From Botryllus schlosseri (Eukaryota), in contig CM119371.1 of assembly GCA_051294905.1 (NCBI GenBank), positions 11,968,001 to 12,032,000 of the forward strand: a stretch of 64,000 nt of DNA, read 5' to 3'. Shown here piece by piece: positions 25,321-38,412 of the stretch (positions are counted from its first letter, which is position 1; every line of letters starts with the position of its first letter). Both the position numbers and the translations under genes were made by a program. The notes below the pieces were generated by a model. That model saw only the letters and a list, made by a program, of their open reading frames with translations. It searched no databases and was not told the DNA's origin.

Positions 25321-26895
25321 ACCAACCTCTACGTCATAAACTTCCTTTCTACTCATGGCTGAACTGAATATTTCCCAATTCTCTGCCATCACCACCATAC
25401 ATTGCTGATATTGGAAGGTCGTTGTCTAAATCATTTTGACTTCTTCTGACCAGATTAGGATTAATTTTGAAGAACTCGCAAATCGTAAAAGTAGCTTAAC
25501 CAAATTCATCTGAAATCAAATTTTACACGGTACGGTAATGTTACAATATTACTAATCTCCGATGTTGACTGATCACTGTCTCCGTGTCGATAAGTATACA
25601 CTTGAAGCATAATAATGCTGCAGCCAAACGATGAATAGTAAAATAGTTAGTAGGTCCAGTTGAAGGTACTAAACCATGGAATTACTTGTTTGGATATCTT
25701 AAACTACTCTACTTCATCATGTTAATTGAATACTACATATTGTCATCTATCTGCACGAAAAAATAAATCAATCGTGTTTTAGCCACTTTCGTAACACAAA
25801 CACATAATGTGACAGCAAAGACCAGCGCAGTAGCAGAAATTGCGACATACGAATGCATTACTGTCGCAGGGAAGATGATACCACAAACGCGCTTAGCCCC
25901 AGACGGTGGTTGCTATGATGAAAAGTCCCGTGACTTTCGAGCCAATATAGTGTAATTGTATTTTACGAAAATAGACGGCGATGCTACACTTGCTTTCCAA
26001 CTTAAACATATATTGTCCAGACAAAAGAACTGAAACTAACTAGAACTCAAAGTAATGATAGTGCGAATTGAACGAAAAATAGCAATAGGCCTACTACATC
26101 AGAATGACGGAAAATGTATTTTATGTCTTTTGTCGAGACATTTTCAATGGTGGTCTGATAAAACAGATCGAACGCTCAAAAAGTCAGAGCCCGCTCCTCC
26201 AGATTAAAACGCGCCATGGGCTTCTATAGGTTACGATATGATGGGTAAATGCTAGATTGCAAAACGGTGGTTTTAAATGTTATGATGGGCCATGTTTACT
26301 GTGATGAAATATGTCATATGGGCGACAATGCGGTGCAATGCAACCTAAATAATATTCACTTTCGTGAAAACATATTTGTAACTCTATATTTACTTGATGT
26401 GAAGCGCGACGGAAATTCTGGGTTTGACTTAAATTTTCTTAAAATGGAAAGTTAGAACTCCGTGAAAAAAGCCCTAGAATTCCCCAGTTTCTCTTTCTAA
26501 TTAGGGGTGACACTACTTCTACTTGACAAACTGAAAACAGCGAAAAGTAAGTAATTAGATCACAAAATATTTTGAAGTAGAAGTAGAAGTAGCGAAGATT
26601 TTATCTACTGAAGTAAGTACCAGAAATAGAGGAAAACTACCTGATTACTTCGAAAAAGTAGAAGTACTTCGTTACTGACCACATTTGGTTTCTACTTTTG
26701 AAGATGCAAATTGTCACAAGTAGTCTTGTCGAGAAAATGCTCAAGTAGAAACATAAACCCTTGCGTAAGTGCTAAAACTTTATTGAGTAGTCCAAAAAAG
26801 TAAAAGTACTTTATTGCTCACCAAATCTGGAAACAAGGTATTTCTACTTTGTCAGATTAGCCAAGTGGGTTTTGCTTACGTACACTGCTTAAGTC

Positions 26896-27560
26896 GGCGG
26901 TCCCCAACCTTTTTGCAACGTAGAGCTACTTCTTGAAGCAACGGGCTATCAATAACTTCCGCCGTTTACCCGAACCAGACTGAATTTCCACTTTGATATG
27001 CACAGCACCGGACAGGAATCCCATTGCGAGAAGACTTTTAAGACAGTCTTGTAAATTTAAAACATCTCAAATAAACTAGCTAGCCCCTAGCATTTTTAAA
27101 GAAATCATGAATTACTTCGCACCATGTTTGTATAGATTATGCAACAACAGTCAACTCAAATTTTTAAATAAATCATGTCACACTTTACACTGGACATCAT
27201 GTTATCTGTTTCTAAATCAATCTGTGGGAAGCCTGGCCTTGCATAATATCGCTATAACCAGTGCGCTATACTCTGATATTTAACTTAATACTGCAATCGT
27301 GACTGATTCTTTCAGATGTGCATCTGTCAGGCATGTTCTGCGTTTGTTTTTGATGAAGTTCGTGTCCGTAAAGGCTGAATCACGACGATAAGTTGAACCA
27401 AAAATGCTTGCAACTTGCAACCTTTATAACTGCTGCACACACTCCACAGTATCTTTCCATGTTAACAAGGCATCAAAGTTTGGTGCATCCTGGTGGGCTT
27501 TGAGGGGGAGGTCATCATGCATTGTCACAATTTCAATCAGCAACTGTTCAGCATCCAGGC
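26896..27560 (-). mobile_element. hAT (SPIN/GTF2IRD2-like) 3' transposase remnant with terminus
   Basis: Minus strand VASIFGSTYRRDSAFTDTNFIKNKRRTCLTDAHLKE (hAT dimerisation motif); TIR-like CGGCGGTCCCCAACC at 26896. Confidence 0.75.
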
Positions 27561-27951
27561 TCAATAGATTTCATTATGACGGACAGCAGCAACGATTACA
27601 GTAAGTTGGTACTAAACTGCGTTAAGTGTAAGAAAATCAAGCTGTCTCAAAAGATAGATACGTAATGGGCATACATAAATCAAAATCTGCTAGGGCTTCA
27701 CGGCTATCTGCCACCGACTAGTAAAGTTGTTCATTCCTTTGGCATTGTCCTGGACGTTGTGCTACCATAACGAACCCCACGCCATCTCAAGAAGACCGTG
27801 GATGGCATTTCGTCATGTCGCCAGTACTGGTAGTGCGCCGCATCCTCAGTCTTCGATATCTTGTGACAAGATTACATTTTGGCATATTACTAATTGAATT
27901 AGAGGATATTTGATGTCATCAATTAAGGCGTTTATATATATATTTATATAT

Positions 27952-30410
27952 TAGGGTTGTTCAGAATTGATCGACTTTCAAAATGTCGTGGTTTTCAGTC
28001 CGATTCCCATGCCTTATACCATAAAAACATATTCTAAGTACTTTTTTTTCGTAATTCATCTCTTGCATCCATGTGCACATTGAGCTGGAAGAATATCGGT
28101 TAAAAATAGGGGATTCCCCTAAAATTTGAGTGTCGCTATTCGGACTAGGCTAGTAAAACGTCATATATAAGCTGGTTTTATGTAGCTATTGCGGTTGGAG
28201 TGCTACATAACCTCACTATAGAAAGTATTGTCATTTCAGGACACCATTTTCATGTCCCACACTGCCTTAGAACTCCTCAAAACTGCCTAAGACTGATAGT
28301 CATTTTGTTCGATCACCTATCCTACACTCCTCAACCCTACCCGAGATTGTTCATCAATGGCCGGGATCACTACGTGCAAGAATACAACTGTAAATGTATC
28401 ATTCACTCACAGCCACATTATAAACATCACATTGTTCAAAGGAAACGAAACAAAAAGGCAAAGAAACAGATCAACTTGGCACATTGCATTGCAGTGGGAT
28501 GCAAAGCTCACTAGAAGTCGTTTCGGACGGAAATTTGAGGCCTTGGCAATGCTGGCATAGTCTGCGTATTTCAACGCATTTGAGAAAGGCAAACTTCTTG
28601 GCAATCGAACTCTGGAGAGTGCTACAGAAAAAGCACAGACTGATCTGTCATTTGAACTGCTGGAACTTTATAATTTAACAAATAATGTCAGAGCTCTTGT
28701 GTTTGACACAACACCCTCAAACAATGGAAAAAATAAAGGTGCGGTTCTGTTACATGAAGAATTGATAAACAGGAAAGTTTTCTACTTTTTACTTCTGCTT
28801 GTTGCCATCATATTTATGAACTAGTCATCCGGTGAGGTCTGGAAGTGAAGTGTGTTTGGATCTGCGACCACAGGCCCTGAAAACACAGATTTTAATGCCT
28901 TCCAAGAAGTGGAAAGATATTGATCAATTAAGAAGCTCTAAAACACTTCAGTTCGATGAATGCAGCTGGTTGGCGATCAAATCTGATGAAGCTAAGCAAG
29001 AAATAATTCCACTGATGAAGCCATATAATGGAAAGCAGAAAGAAGTCTTGATAATAAATGACTACAGAGAATGTGCAACAGGCACCTTGGCGATTGTAGC
29101 TGCCCAATATATTGATAATCGTTTTCGCAAGCCTGGTGCTACTAATAGCACTGGATGGATGAGTCAAGTGCTGTACTGTCAAAAATGTTCATGTGGAGAG
29201 AGCAAATGGGCTATTCTGAAGAGTTCTTTAGAAAGTTGCCCTGTTTTATGTCCCAGCTTGGTTGAAAACTGGTAATGCATGTGACGCACAGTATATTGAT
29301 CACAAATTCCTTCATGGCATGACAGACTTTTCATTGTGCGATTTCACAGTTGCTGATGTGGCATATAAAAAGATGCGAGAACATCATTGGCATCTCACCG
29401 AGGAAACGGTGGTATCAACAATGTTCTCGGCTAAACCAAAGATTCCTGACAAACTGAAGGAAGCGATGGCTGCTAAATTGCTGCAAATGCCAATCCTTGA
29501 ACAATTTCGCAGAGGTAGGCTATACTTCTGAGTCTAATCTCTGACTCTGTCTCTGAGTCAATGAGTATGGTTGCTTTAATTGAACCGGAATCATGGTTTC
29601 CATTCAATGCTATACATGTCGAACATGATTGGTTTAGTCTTCCAGTTTCGGAATGGCATACTGATTCGCATCTCGTGACTGCTCAAGAATTTGTGAGTAG
29701 TGTTGAAATAGTTAACGGCGCAGCAGAGCGTTTGGTGAAATTGAATACCGAGTTTGATGCTTTCAAAACAGATGACAAAGAACAGCGAGCGAGCCTCTTA
29801 CAAGCCTTGGAAGATAACGGGAAGAGATATGCCGGTTTCTCTAAAGCAACCATTTCATCCGGACCTGATTTAAGTAGTATTTGCCAAGTTGATCTGTTTC
29901 TTTGCCTTTTTGTTTCGTTTCCTTTGAATAATGTGATGTTTATAATGTGGCTGTGAGTGAATGATACATTTACAGTTGTATTCTTGCACGTGGTGATCCC
30001 GGCAATTGATGAACAATCTCGGGTAGGGTTGAGGAGTGTAGGATAGGTGATCCAACAAAATGACTATCAGTCTTAGGCAGTTTTGAGGAGTTCTAAGGCA
30101 GTGTGGGACATGAAAATGGTGTCCTGAACTGACAATACTTTCTATAGTGAGGTTATGTAGCACTCCAACCGCAATAGCTACATAAACCAGCTTATATATG
30201 ACGTTTTACTAGCCTAGTCCGAAAAGCGACATTGAAATTTTAGGGGAATCCCCTAATTTTAGCCGATATTCTTCCAGCTCAATGTGCACACGGATGCAAG
30301 GGATGAATTACGAAAAAAAGTACCTAGAATATGTTTTTATGGTATAAGGCAATGGGAATCGGACTGAAAACCACGACATTTTGAAAGTCGATCAATTCTG
30401 AACAACCCTA
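27952..30410 (+). mobile_element. hATm-like DNA transposon, non-autonomous, with ~530-bp terminal inverted arms
   Basis: Arms 27952-28481 and 29882-30410 are near-identical inverted copies starting TAGGGTTGTTCAGAATTG; inserted in a TA-rich tract. Frameshifted core transposase: LQWDAKL, VFDTT, CCHHIYELV, DYRE, RKPGA..GWM, HHWHLTEETV, VNGAAERLVKL. The hATm subfamily call is from memory of motifs and termini. Confidence 0.85.
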
Positions 30411-31208
30411 ATATATATATACATGTGTTGTCATTTGTAGGTCACATGCTAGTGTGATTTAAACAAGAATAGCTAATTCAATCTATACATATAAAACCTC
30501 ACTCGAAAGTGCTGCTATTCGAAATATGTTTTGAACAGGCTCGCTGGTTACTCATCTGGTCATCGTGGGCTACCTGGGGCCCTCTGGCACCGCGTTGGTG
30601 ATGAAGGAAGGGCAATTATTTTTCTCCGCGGGCCAAATGAGTAACAGAAAATATGTTGACGGGTCGAGTCAAAATGTTTAGCCATATTCTCCAGCGTAAT
30701 AATTTTATTTCTAAATTGAACGCAGTGAATTACAATGTTAATAAATGTTGCTGAGTGGATGCGTTAATGTGCATGACGGTTATTAACAAAAAACAATAAC
30801 ATATTTATTTTCCGTCATAATTCGAAACAATATTTAACATCATACATTTTGATTTCCTTTTAATCCACGTTATTATACAAGATTTTCAAATGTATTTGGG
30901 ATACTACAAATCTTATTGTCTTGATCGTTGCCTTCCGAACAGTTGCGGATTGAGATCGACATATATGATATGCATATATATATCGGTTTCGTCCAACAAT
31001 GACGCAGTAATTTTGATCAAAGTTATCTTGCCGTCGAGATTTTTGGCAACACACTTCGCTGAGTCGCATGTCAGCCGAAACGTAATTGTTAACGTCTTGG
31101 TGTATCGTGACGCGTTAACGGCCGACGCCGAAATGCTGATCTCTATAAATTAGGCACTCATTCGGGGAGAGGGGTACTAATATAAATATCAAGACATCTG
31201 GTCACGAT

Positions 31209-31723
31209 TAGGGCTGGGCACAATGATTCCAGTACTCGAATCTGAATCGAGTATTAATTTTGATGATTCGAGTCGAGTAGTAAAAGACGATTTTTTCGAG
31301 TACTGAAATTATACGCTCCTCGAAATTGAAAGTTAATTTACTAACGAGAGTTATAGTTTCGGTAATATTTTCCAATGAGGAAGCATTAAAACCTTGATTG
31401 GCGGCATCTCAGCATACGAGACATAGTACAAAGCTAGGAACGTTACTGGAAATAACACATTTCCGAAGTCATGATCATCCCACCACATTGTCAAGAAGTG
31501 CAATGAAATCGGGATGGTCGAAAAAATACCAAAGTATCTTCAATGTGACGGATAAGAGGCATTATGTTCTTCGTGGTGGCATAAGAGGTACATATTTTAA
31601 CTTTGACATAGTACATTCGGTTGTGACGTCCTAATGAGTGATACTCGAATACTCGACTCGACTCGGAGCATTTTACGTGATTCAGAATCGAATCACCCAG
31701 GTACTCGATTTTGCCCCGCCCTG
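31209..31723. mobile_element. hAT-type MITE with TCGAGTACTCGA motifs
   Basis: TIR TAGGGCTGGGCA / TGCCCCGCCCTG; perfect TSD GTCACGAT. Confidence 0.85.
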
Positions 31724-32103
31724 GTCACGATAAATCGCGCGCAGCGCGAAGTAAATTTGAATAAAGAATTTATAAACATCTGAAAAAACACACTATAATT
31801 TATGTTAATTTACGAAATAATTTTGGGCCCCTTCGAGCTCGGGCCCTACCAATTAGGGGGTCTGGGCACGGTAGTTACGGCCTTGTGTTTAGTGCTCGAT
31901 ACCGTCTTTGAATTTCAGCTTTTGGCATTATTTTTTGACATGCCCGTTCATCTTTTATGTATGATGATGTGTCATAGTAAAAACGAGCACTGATTGAATT
32001 GTTTTACGAAATCGGTATTTCGAAACGTAGCCTATCACGAAACAATTCGAAGCACAGACCGTGTAATGTATAATATGACAATGGCAATAAAGAAGGTTTG
32101 AAC

Positions 32104-33088
32104 TAGGGATGGTGTGAACCTCTGAAAGGTTCAAGTTCGTGTGAAGGCGAACCTTTTTGAAACGTTCTGTGTAAGCGCGAACGTGAAACTCATGACGTTA
32201 CGTAATATCATACTGCTAATTCTAACCCTATATCTCCGTGAATTTATATATTATTGTACGCACACGATATGTTGCTAGAACTCGGTCCACATTATGCTAC
32301 AATGCTGAAGGACATACTGACTTTTTAATTGTCGCCAAATGTATCAACTGGAGCAATCAAATGTTATAACAATCCCATAATATCAATATCTGTCGTCGCT
32401 TGCCAACAATTTTGACGGGGACTTGCAAGGGAATATAAGCTTACGCCTTAACGGTCTAGGCCAGACCGGAAAATTTATCGGGCGTTTGAGTATTGATACA
32501 TTGATATTGAGCAGAGTGTAAAACGGGTTTCTATACTTGCTACCGATATTATCCCATTACCAAGTTATACAGGAGTAGCCAACACCCCGATCACATGGAT
32601 TTTGTTTTTATGATACAATAAACATATCAAAGCAAGATGGACTCCATACAGTTGCTAGATTTTCCACATTAGACATCGATGTATTCTTTATGTGAATTTC
32701 ATTGATTGGTTGAATAAGCATCATTTGATGACTATACCTACATGTAGCGTATTTCGCTATTGATGTTGTGTGATTACGGGTCAAGCTCACAGCAGAGTCC
32801 CTAAACATTCACCAACGGAAGACAGGATATTTCGAGCAAACTTTGTAACAAACCAAGTAAATTTTTTGAGATTGTCAAGGTGCATGCTCGTTTTGTGTTT
32901 TTTTCAAGCTGCCAGCGCCATGCATAGAGTGGCCCGCAGTTGGAATGCAAAGAAATTCAACCAAAGATTGTATAATGAAGTGGAAGATTGGAATACTCGA
33001 AAAAGGTTCGTTTGTGAACTTGAACTTCCAAATTACTGAGGTTCAAACACAGAACGCGAACGTGAACCTAACGTTCACACCATCCCTA
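32104..33088. mobile_element. hAT-type MITE (GTGAAC/GTTCAC motifs); second copy at 45340-48383
   Basis: TIR TAGGGATGGTGTGAAC / GTTCACACCATCCCTA; perfect TSD GTTTGAAC. It sits inside an older Charlie-like repeat (ending TTTGCCCAGGTCTG at 33450) whose uninterrupted relative lies at ~43200-43585. Confidence 0.9.
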
Positions 33089-34484
33089 GTTTGAACTATA
33101 GATAACTAATCTCCGTTGGTTAGTTACCTACATTTGAACTAAACTATATGGAAAGAGTCACTTCTTGTTACTTTAATTGTTATGGCATACTTCGCTAAAT
33201 TAGCCTTATTTTGAATCTGAATTACGCATGCGAACCCGCGAGGGACGCGGCATATTAATAAACACTGAAACAGGCTCCAAAGTAAACCAATTTCCGTTCC
33301 GGTTCAGTTTATACAGCCTATGGTTTTATTCCACGAAGCAATATTCAAAAGTAAGATTTATGTTTTGAATTCAAACCAAACGGGCACGTGGGCCATCAGA
33401 ATAGCTCCGCGGGTCGCATTTGGCCCGCGGAACGCACTTTGCCCAGGTCTGGCATAGATGGCAAAGCTTTAAGATTGCTTCCACTTCTACTGTAAATATT
33501 TCATGCAAAATTACTTACTTTTCGCGCATAGGATTTTGGAAAGTTAAAAGTAGTTTTGTGATACGTTTGTATAACTCTAATGTACGAAATCGTCATGAGC
33601 TATCAAATCTGTTGAATCTATTCTACAAAATTGAGCCTACTTGTGACATCGGTTAATCGTTTTGCGTCAGTCGCAGTTACGAATCTTCCATTTTCAAAAG
33701 CAGCCATCACCGATAAAGTGCCAAATATTTGCGAAACACCGACTAAAATACCTTTAAAACCTTATTATTCTTGAGTACTATTCGTGCCTTCTACTTGTTA
33801 TTGCGTAGAATTTTGAACCAATACTTCTACTTCTACTTGATTAGCAAGCTGTCAACTTGGACAAATTCTGCGTACACTCGAGACTCGATTCGGTATATTC
33901 TAGACGGAAGTTGAGCAAACATTGAGAATACAAGTTTTTAATTGAAACATGAGCCTTACTGCATTGCACATCCTCTCTCAACTAAAAATGTCCAATTCGA
34001 TATCTTACACTTTAGTATAGTATTCGATGGTACTACTAAAATGGAATTGATAAATTTGTGATTCCGAAACAGCACATCTACTCTACTCTACATAAATTAA
34101 TGGATGCCATGCAGCTCTCAATTAAGTAATAAGCCACATGTACTTGTACACTCCACACCCATAATTATTCGTGATTAAGGTGCGCACGAGAAGACGTTAT
34201 GTTAGTCATTTCTTTTGCATATTTAGACATTGATTACTTGATTACGTATTGGAAAATAAGGGACGGTTGAAGGCAGAAGAAAATCGAGTAGTTGAGTCAG
34301 TCAGCGACGAATCAGTGTTCAAGTTTTCACACACTTGAAATATACAATGTTTTTTCGAATTCTCCACTTGTTGGTGACGATTACTCCTGACGAGTGTCAG
34401 CCGAAAATATTCGGTTTCATTTCAATATGAATATACTATTCAATTGTATACTTGAAACTATATGAATATGCGAAGATAACTAAC

Positions 34485-36084
34485 CTTTTTCAGTTTACAC
34501 TCCGATATCTTCCGCAAATCATCCTGTTTGGCCAACAGTTCTCTTTGTTCATTGTAATTTATTGCATCGAAAAGTATGACAAAAAATCTCAGTTGTGATA
34601 CGGTATTAATCCAGCTGAATGATAGAGTGGAATCCTGTGAAAATAAATGTTATCCGTTACGTCAGAATTTGTTACATTACAACAAACTCTCACAGATACG
34701 ATAAAGCATGAGAGATTAATGCCACAACTCATACTGCAGACAAGGCGATGAGATCGCGTTATCAAAACATAGCTTACGAAATGAGTCGCCTGAAATAGCG
34801 CTCGTGAACCACACAACCGTTACATGAATTACATTGACCGAGACTTTCGTGGAAATATATTACTGCCTTCATATATATTATGCGCGAAGCATGACGAAAT
34901 TATATACTCTCCGCAAAACGGGCCTTAAATTTGTTTGTCTTGGTCTCTTTCTCTCACTCTCTCATCGGAAGAGTATGATACGTCTACTTGGCAAACTGTA
35001 AATAGTGAAAAGTAAATTAGTAGGTCACAAAATATGACAAATTACAATTAGAAATGGAGAGGCGGAAAATTGGATTTACTTGAGTAAGTACCGCAAGTAC
35101 AGGAGAATTATTTAGTACTTCGGAAAGTGGAAGTACTTCGCCATTAATCTCGTCTGGATTTAAATTAATAGTTAATTCGCTTGAACTCTTAATCATTGTT
35201 TCATTGTATTGCAATCGCGTAGTTATTTGAATCGAAGGTAATTAAAGGTTGTTTTAAGTATATTTTAATTGGGTAAAATTGATTATTCGATCTAAAATCG
35301 CAACCCTCTGACTGGTATGAAACGTTGGAGAAAGTGTCAAGTACCACTTACTTCCACGATAGTGCTTTGCATGAATGCCTTCATTCCAACAACAGAATTT
35401 AGCGGAGAAGGATTTCAGAATATTTCAAAAAGATTGCTTGTCTGTTAAAAAATGCGATGGGAAAACCCTCTGTCATTCGATTTCTAATCGATGTAATCTA
35501 AAATCCGAATGGACTTGAGCATCAAAGTACAGTGCCGTCAAAAATGAATAAATTCAGCAGGCAAAAAAACTTTAGTTATGAAATTAACACAAGCTGTTAG
35601 CTTACGATTCCTACAAAAGCATCGCGTCTTCATAACGCTCCTTTTTACGTCATAAGCTATAGCCTAGCTATACTACACCGCAAAGTCATCGCTCTACGTG
35701 CCTAGTGTTGTTTACAGCCTCGTACATAGTAAAGTCAGTAAAATGAGCGAAACTTTATTCAAATAGTTAGTATGGACTCGTTATCAAATTTGAGCAATTT
35801 CGATCTACAACCTTGATGTTGAAGCGCCCTTCAACCTCGTCACCACTTATCTTTATGACATCTTCTTCGTTCTTCAATGCAACATACGCTCCTCCTACAG
35901 TCAGCTTGACAGCCTGAATATTGTTCAGATGTGAAACTTGCGATCGTGCAGTGTATCGAACATCATCCATACAAATATCGTGACGTCATATCACAGATAC
36001 AGTGATGACCGTAGTATCACAGATTATCATGTGCACCCTTTTTCTTGATAATTCAATGAAGCACTTGCCTATATAACTTATTAT
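34485..36084 (-). pseudogene. Cluster of short phase-0 exons (36001-36084, 35812-35913, 35352-35441, 34485-34634), probably degenerate repeat exons of the NLR locus
   Basis: All have AG..GT borders and lengths divisible by 3 (84, 102, 90, 150 nt): IISYIGKCFIELSRKRVHMIICDTTVIT; AVKLTVGGAYVALKNEEDVIKISGDEVEGRFNIK; TSNLFEIF*NPSPLNSVVGMKAFMQSTIVE (in-frame TGA); DSTLSFSWINTVSQLRFFVILFDAINYNEQRELL..KLKK. Confidence 0.4.
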
Positions 36085-36179
36085 CTGGTAAAAGTGTGGA
36101 TGTGGATTTTTATATGGTATCCAAAAGTAATATGGCTAAATTCGTGAAAATTTGCATATTTTGGGCTTATGGCGTAGAC

Positions 36180-36860
36180 CAGGGGCGGGCAACATACGGT
36201 ACGCGACGGGATTTTGTGCGGCCCGCCGACAGTTTACGGTCTTACGTGATGATGTGACCCGCGTCGCCGTCTACAGGGAATTAGGCGCAAACATTTTCGA
36301 TCATGAACATTAGCAAGACAAAGCGACGTTCCAATACAACTGATGTTCATCGCATTGACGTGACCAGGGGCGAATGGGGCCATGCCATTCCCAAAATTTT
36401 CGAAAATAGTCGTGATATCTGTAAATAGTCGATTATTTTCGGGTAGATGGATTCAAACTAAAAAAAAAAATATCGCGAACTTCGCGCGATTCAGTGTCTC
36501 TACGTACGTGTCTTGATTATAAGAATACAGTATCATAGATACACTATAATAGCCCGAGGCCGTTGGGTTGCAGGAGTTTATTTTTCAACAAAGTAATTAT
36601 TAAGAATGCCCGCCCGACGTGAATAATCTGCGATAAGCTCATGAATCGGTTGCCCAATCCAGATATAGTTCGAAATTACAGGAATGTGTGCGTCTCTGAA
36701 TTGTATGTACAAAGGGTAGAGCCGGGCAGGATGGACGGATCTGTGGCTCTTTCCCACGGAGGGAGTTCCTCTGAAATAAATAAAAAATTCAGGAATCCGG
36801 CCCGCCTTATGTTCATGTTCCCCTATCCGACCCGCCGGATGGAGAAGTTGCCCGCCCCTG
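36180..36860. mobile_element. hAT Charlie-type MITE (same termini as 51268-58079)
   Basis: TIR CAGGGGCGGGCAAC / GTTGCCCGCCCCTG; perfect TSD GCGTAGAC. Confidence 0.92.
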
Positions 36861-37335
36861 GCGTAGACTGTAAAGCAAAAACTGGACGTGATGGAAGGAA
36901 ACCAACGTCATTTCTGGAATCAGCACGCCGAAATTAGCCTAAATCAAGTGCAAAATCAAAGTCAACAAATTTTTCGTTCAAAATTGTGGCCCGCAGTGTA
37001 ATCCAACATTTAAATCAGACGTCTCAAACTCAAATGTGCTCGCGGGCCAATTTCCTAGTGTTCGATGACACCGCGGGCCGCAGCATCAATAGTGGAGGCA
37101 TTCAATGTATTTGGAAGGCTTTATTTGACGGGAACTTGTGTACAGGCATCCCACACACATCATGCGATGTAATATCGTAATATTCACGCATGTCATTAAC
37201 ATAAACACTTTTTTAATATTTGAATCAAATTGTTGTTGTACTTGGCATAACTTGGCGAAATAATGAGATACAGACACAACGCAAGGGGACAAATGCATCA
37301 TGACACCGTAAAAACTATCGCATGATAATGTAGCA

Positions 37336-38412
37336 CAGGGGTTCTCAGCCAATTTTTGGCTGTGGCCCATTTTCCTGTTTGAAAATGTTCTGTGGCCCAC
37401 CTCTTTTCAAGTCATAGTGCATTTCAATGTGTGGTAGGCTAATCGCCGCCGATTGGGCTATTTCTTTAAAATATACGCATTTTTCTTTTATTACTGTTCA
37501 GTGTTCATGTTTAAATGTCGATCTGAGTGAACATGAAATCGCGCGAAGCGCGACGAAAAATTTCAAGGTAAATAAATCTCCAACAGACAACAAAAGAAAT
37601 AATTATTAGCAACTTGGAGCTCTCCTAATTGTGGGTTAGGGGTGCGAAAGTTACGGCCCTGCAATATCGTATAACTGTTGCGTACATCTTCAGTTCCACT
37701 CAATTCGCGAAACCCAGTGATCCAATCCCCGCATTCACTGTGTGATTGGGGGATCAATTCCACTCTGGCGGGGAACACTATACCCATTCTGGGTCCGCTT
37801 CAAACAATTATTTGATGAATGGGATTCTACAGAGAAGTGGAGAATTTTTTTTTAATGCTAGTAGTACAATGTAGGCCTACCTAGTATATGTCTTGTACCT
37901 TTTGAAGTTGCGATGTAATAACATTAAATCCAATGATACCAGCAATTCTTGTGACTCTTACATTATGTGCAATGATTTCAAGGCCGGACATTTTTAGATC
38001 GACTCCGAAGATTAATGTGCTGTGCCAACTCCTCAATCCATTATGACCCAGACGGAATACTTGGATATTTCAGCATTAACTTTCAGTTATTATATATAAT
38101 CGAAATTATTTTCGTTGCTGTTGGCCGGAGGTTGTCATAGTTGGGGGTACAAAAGTCGCCGTATCCCCACCCATTTCAACTTGTACATTCGTGACTCCAT
38201 ACATACCACTAAGTCCCATCAGAGTCGGATGAGAAGCTTTATGTAGCATACGCATAATTCGATAACATCAATATATTTTTTGAATATATGAATAAAAGAA
38301 AAATGCAACTAAACTTTCACAAATTCTACAATTTCCCAAATAGCTCTGTGGCCCACCCAAATTACTCCTGTGGCCCACTAGTGGGCCATGGCCCACCCTT
38401 TGAGAACCCCTG
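37336..38412. mobile_element. hAT Charlie-type non-autonomous element (second copy 58099-59342)
   Basis: TIR CAGGGGTTCTCA / TGAGAACCCCTG; perfect TSD ATGTAGCA; TGGCCCAC subterminal repeats. Confidence 0.92.

Noticed and set aside
28200..30163. Duplicated ~100-aa genes (ORFs 28200-28514 and 29870-30163)
   Set aside because: They are chance frames in the two inverted arms of the transposon.
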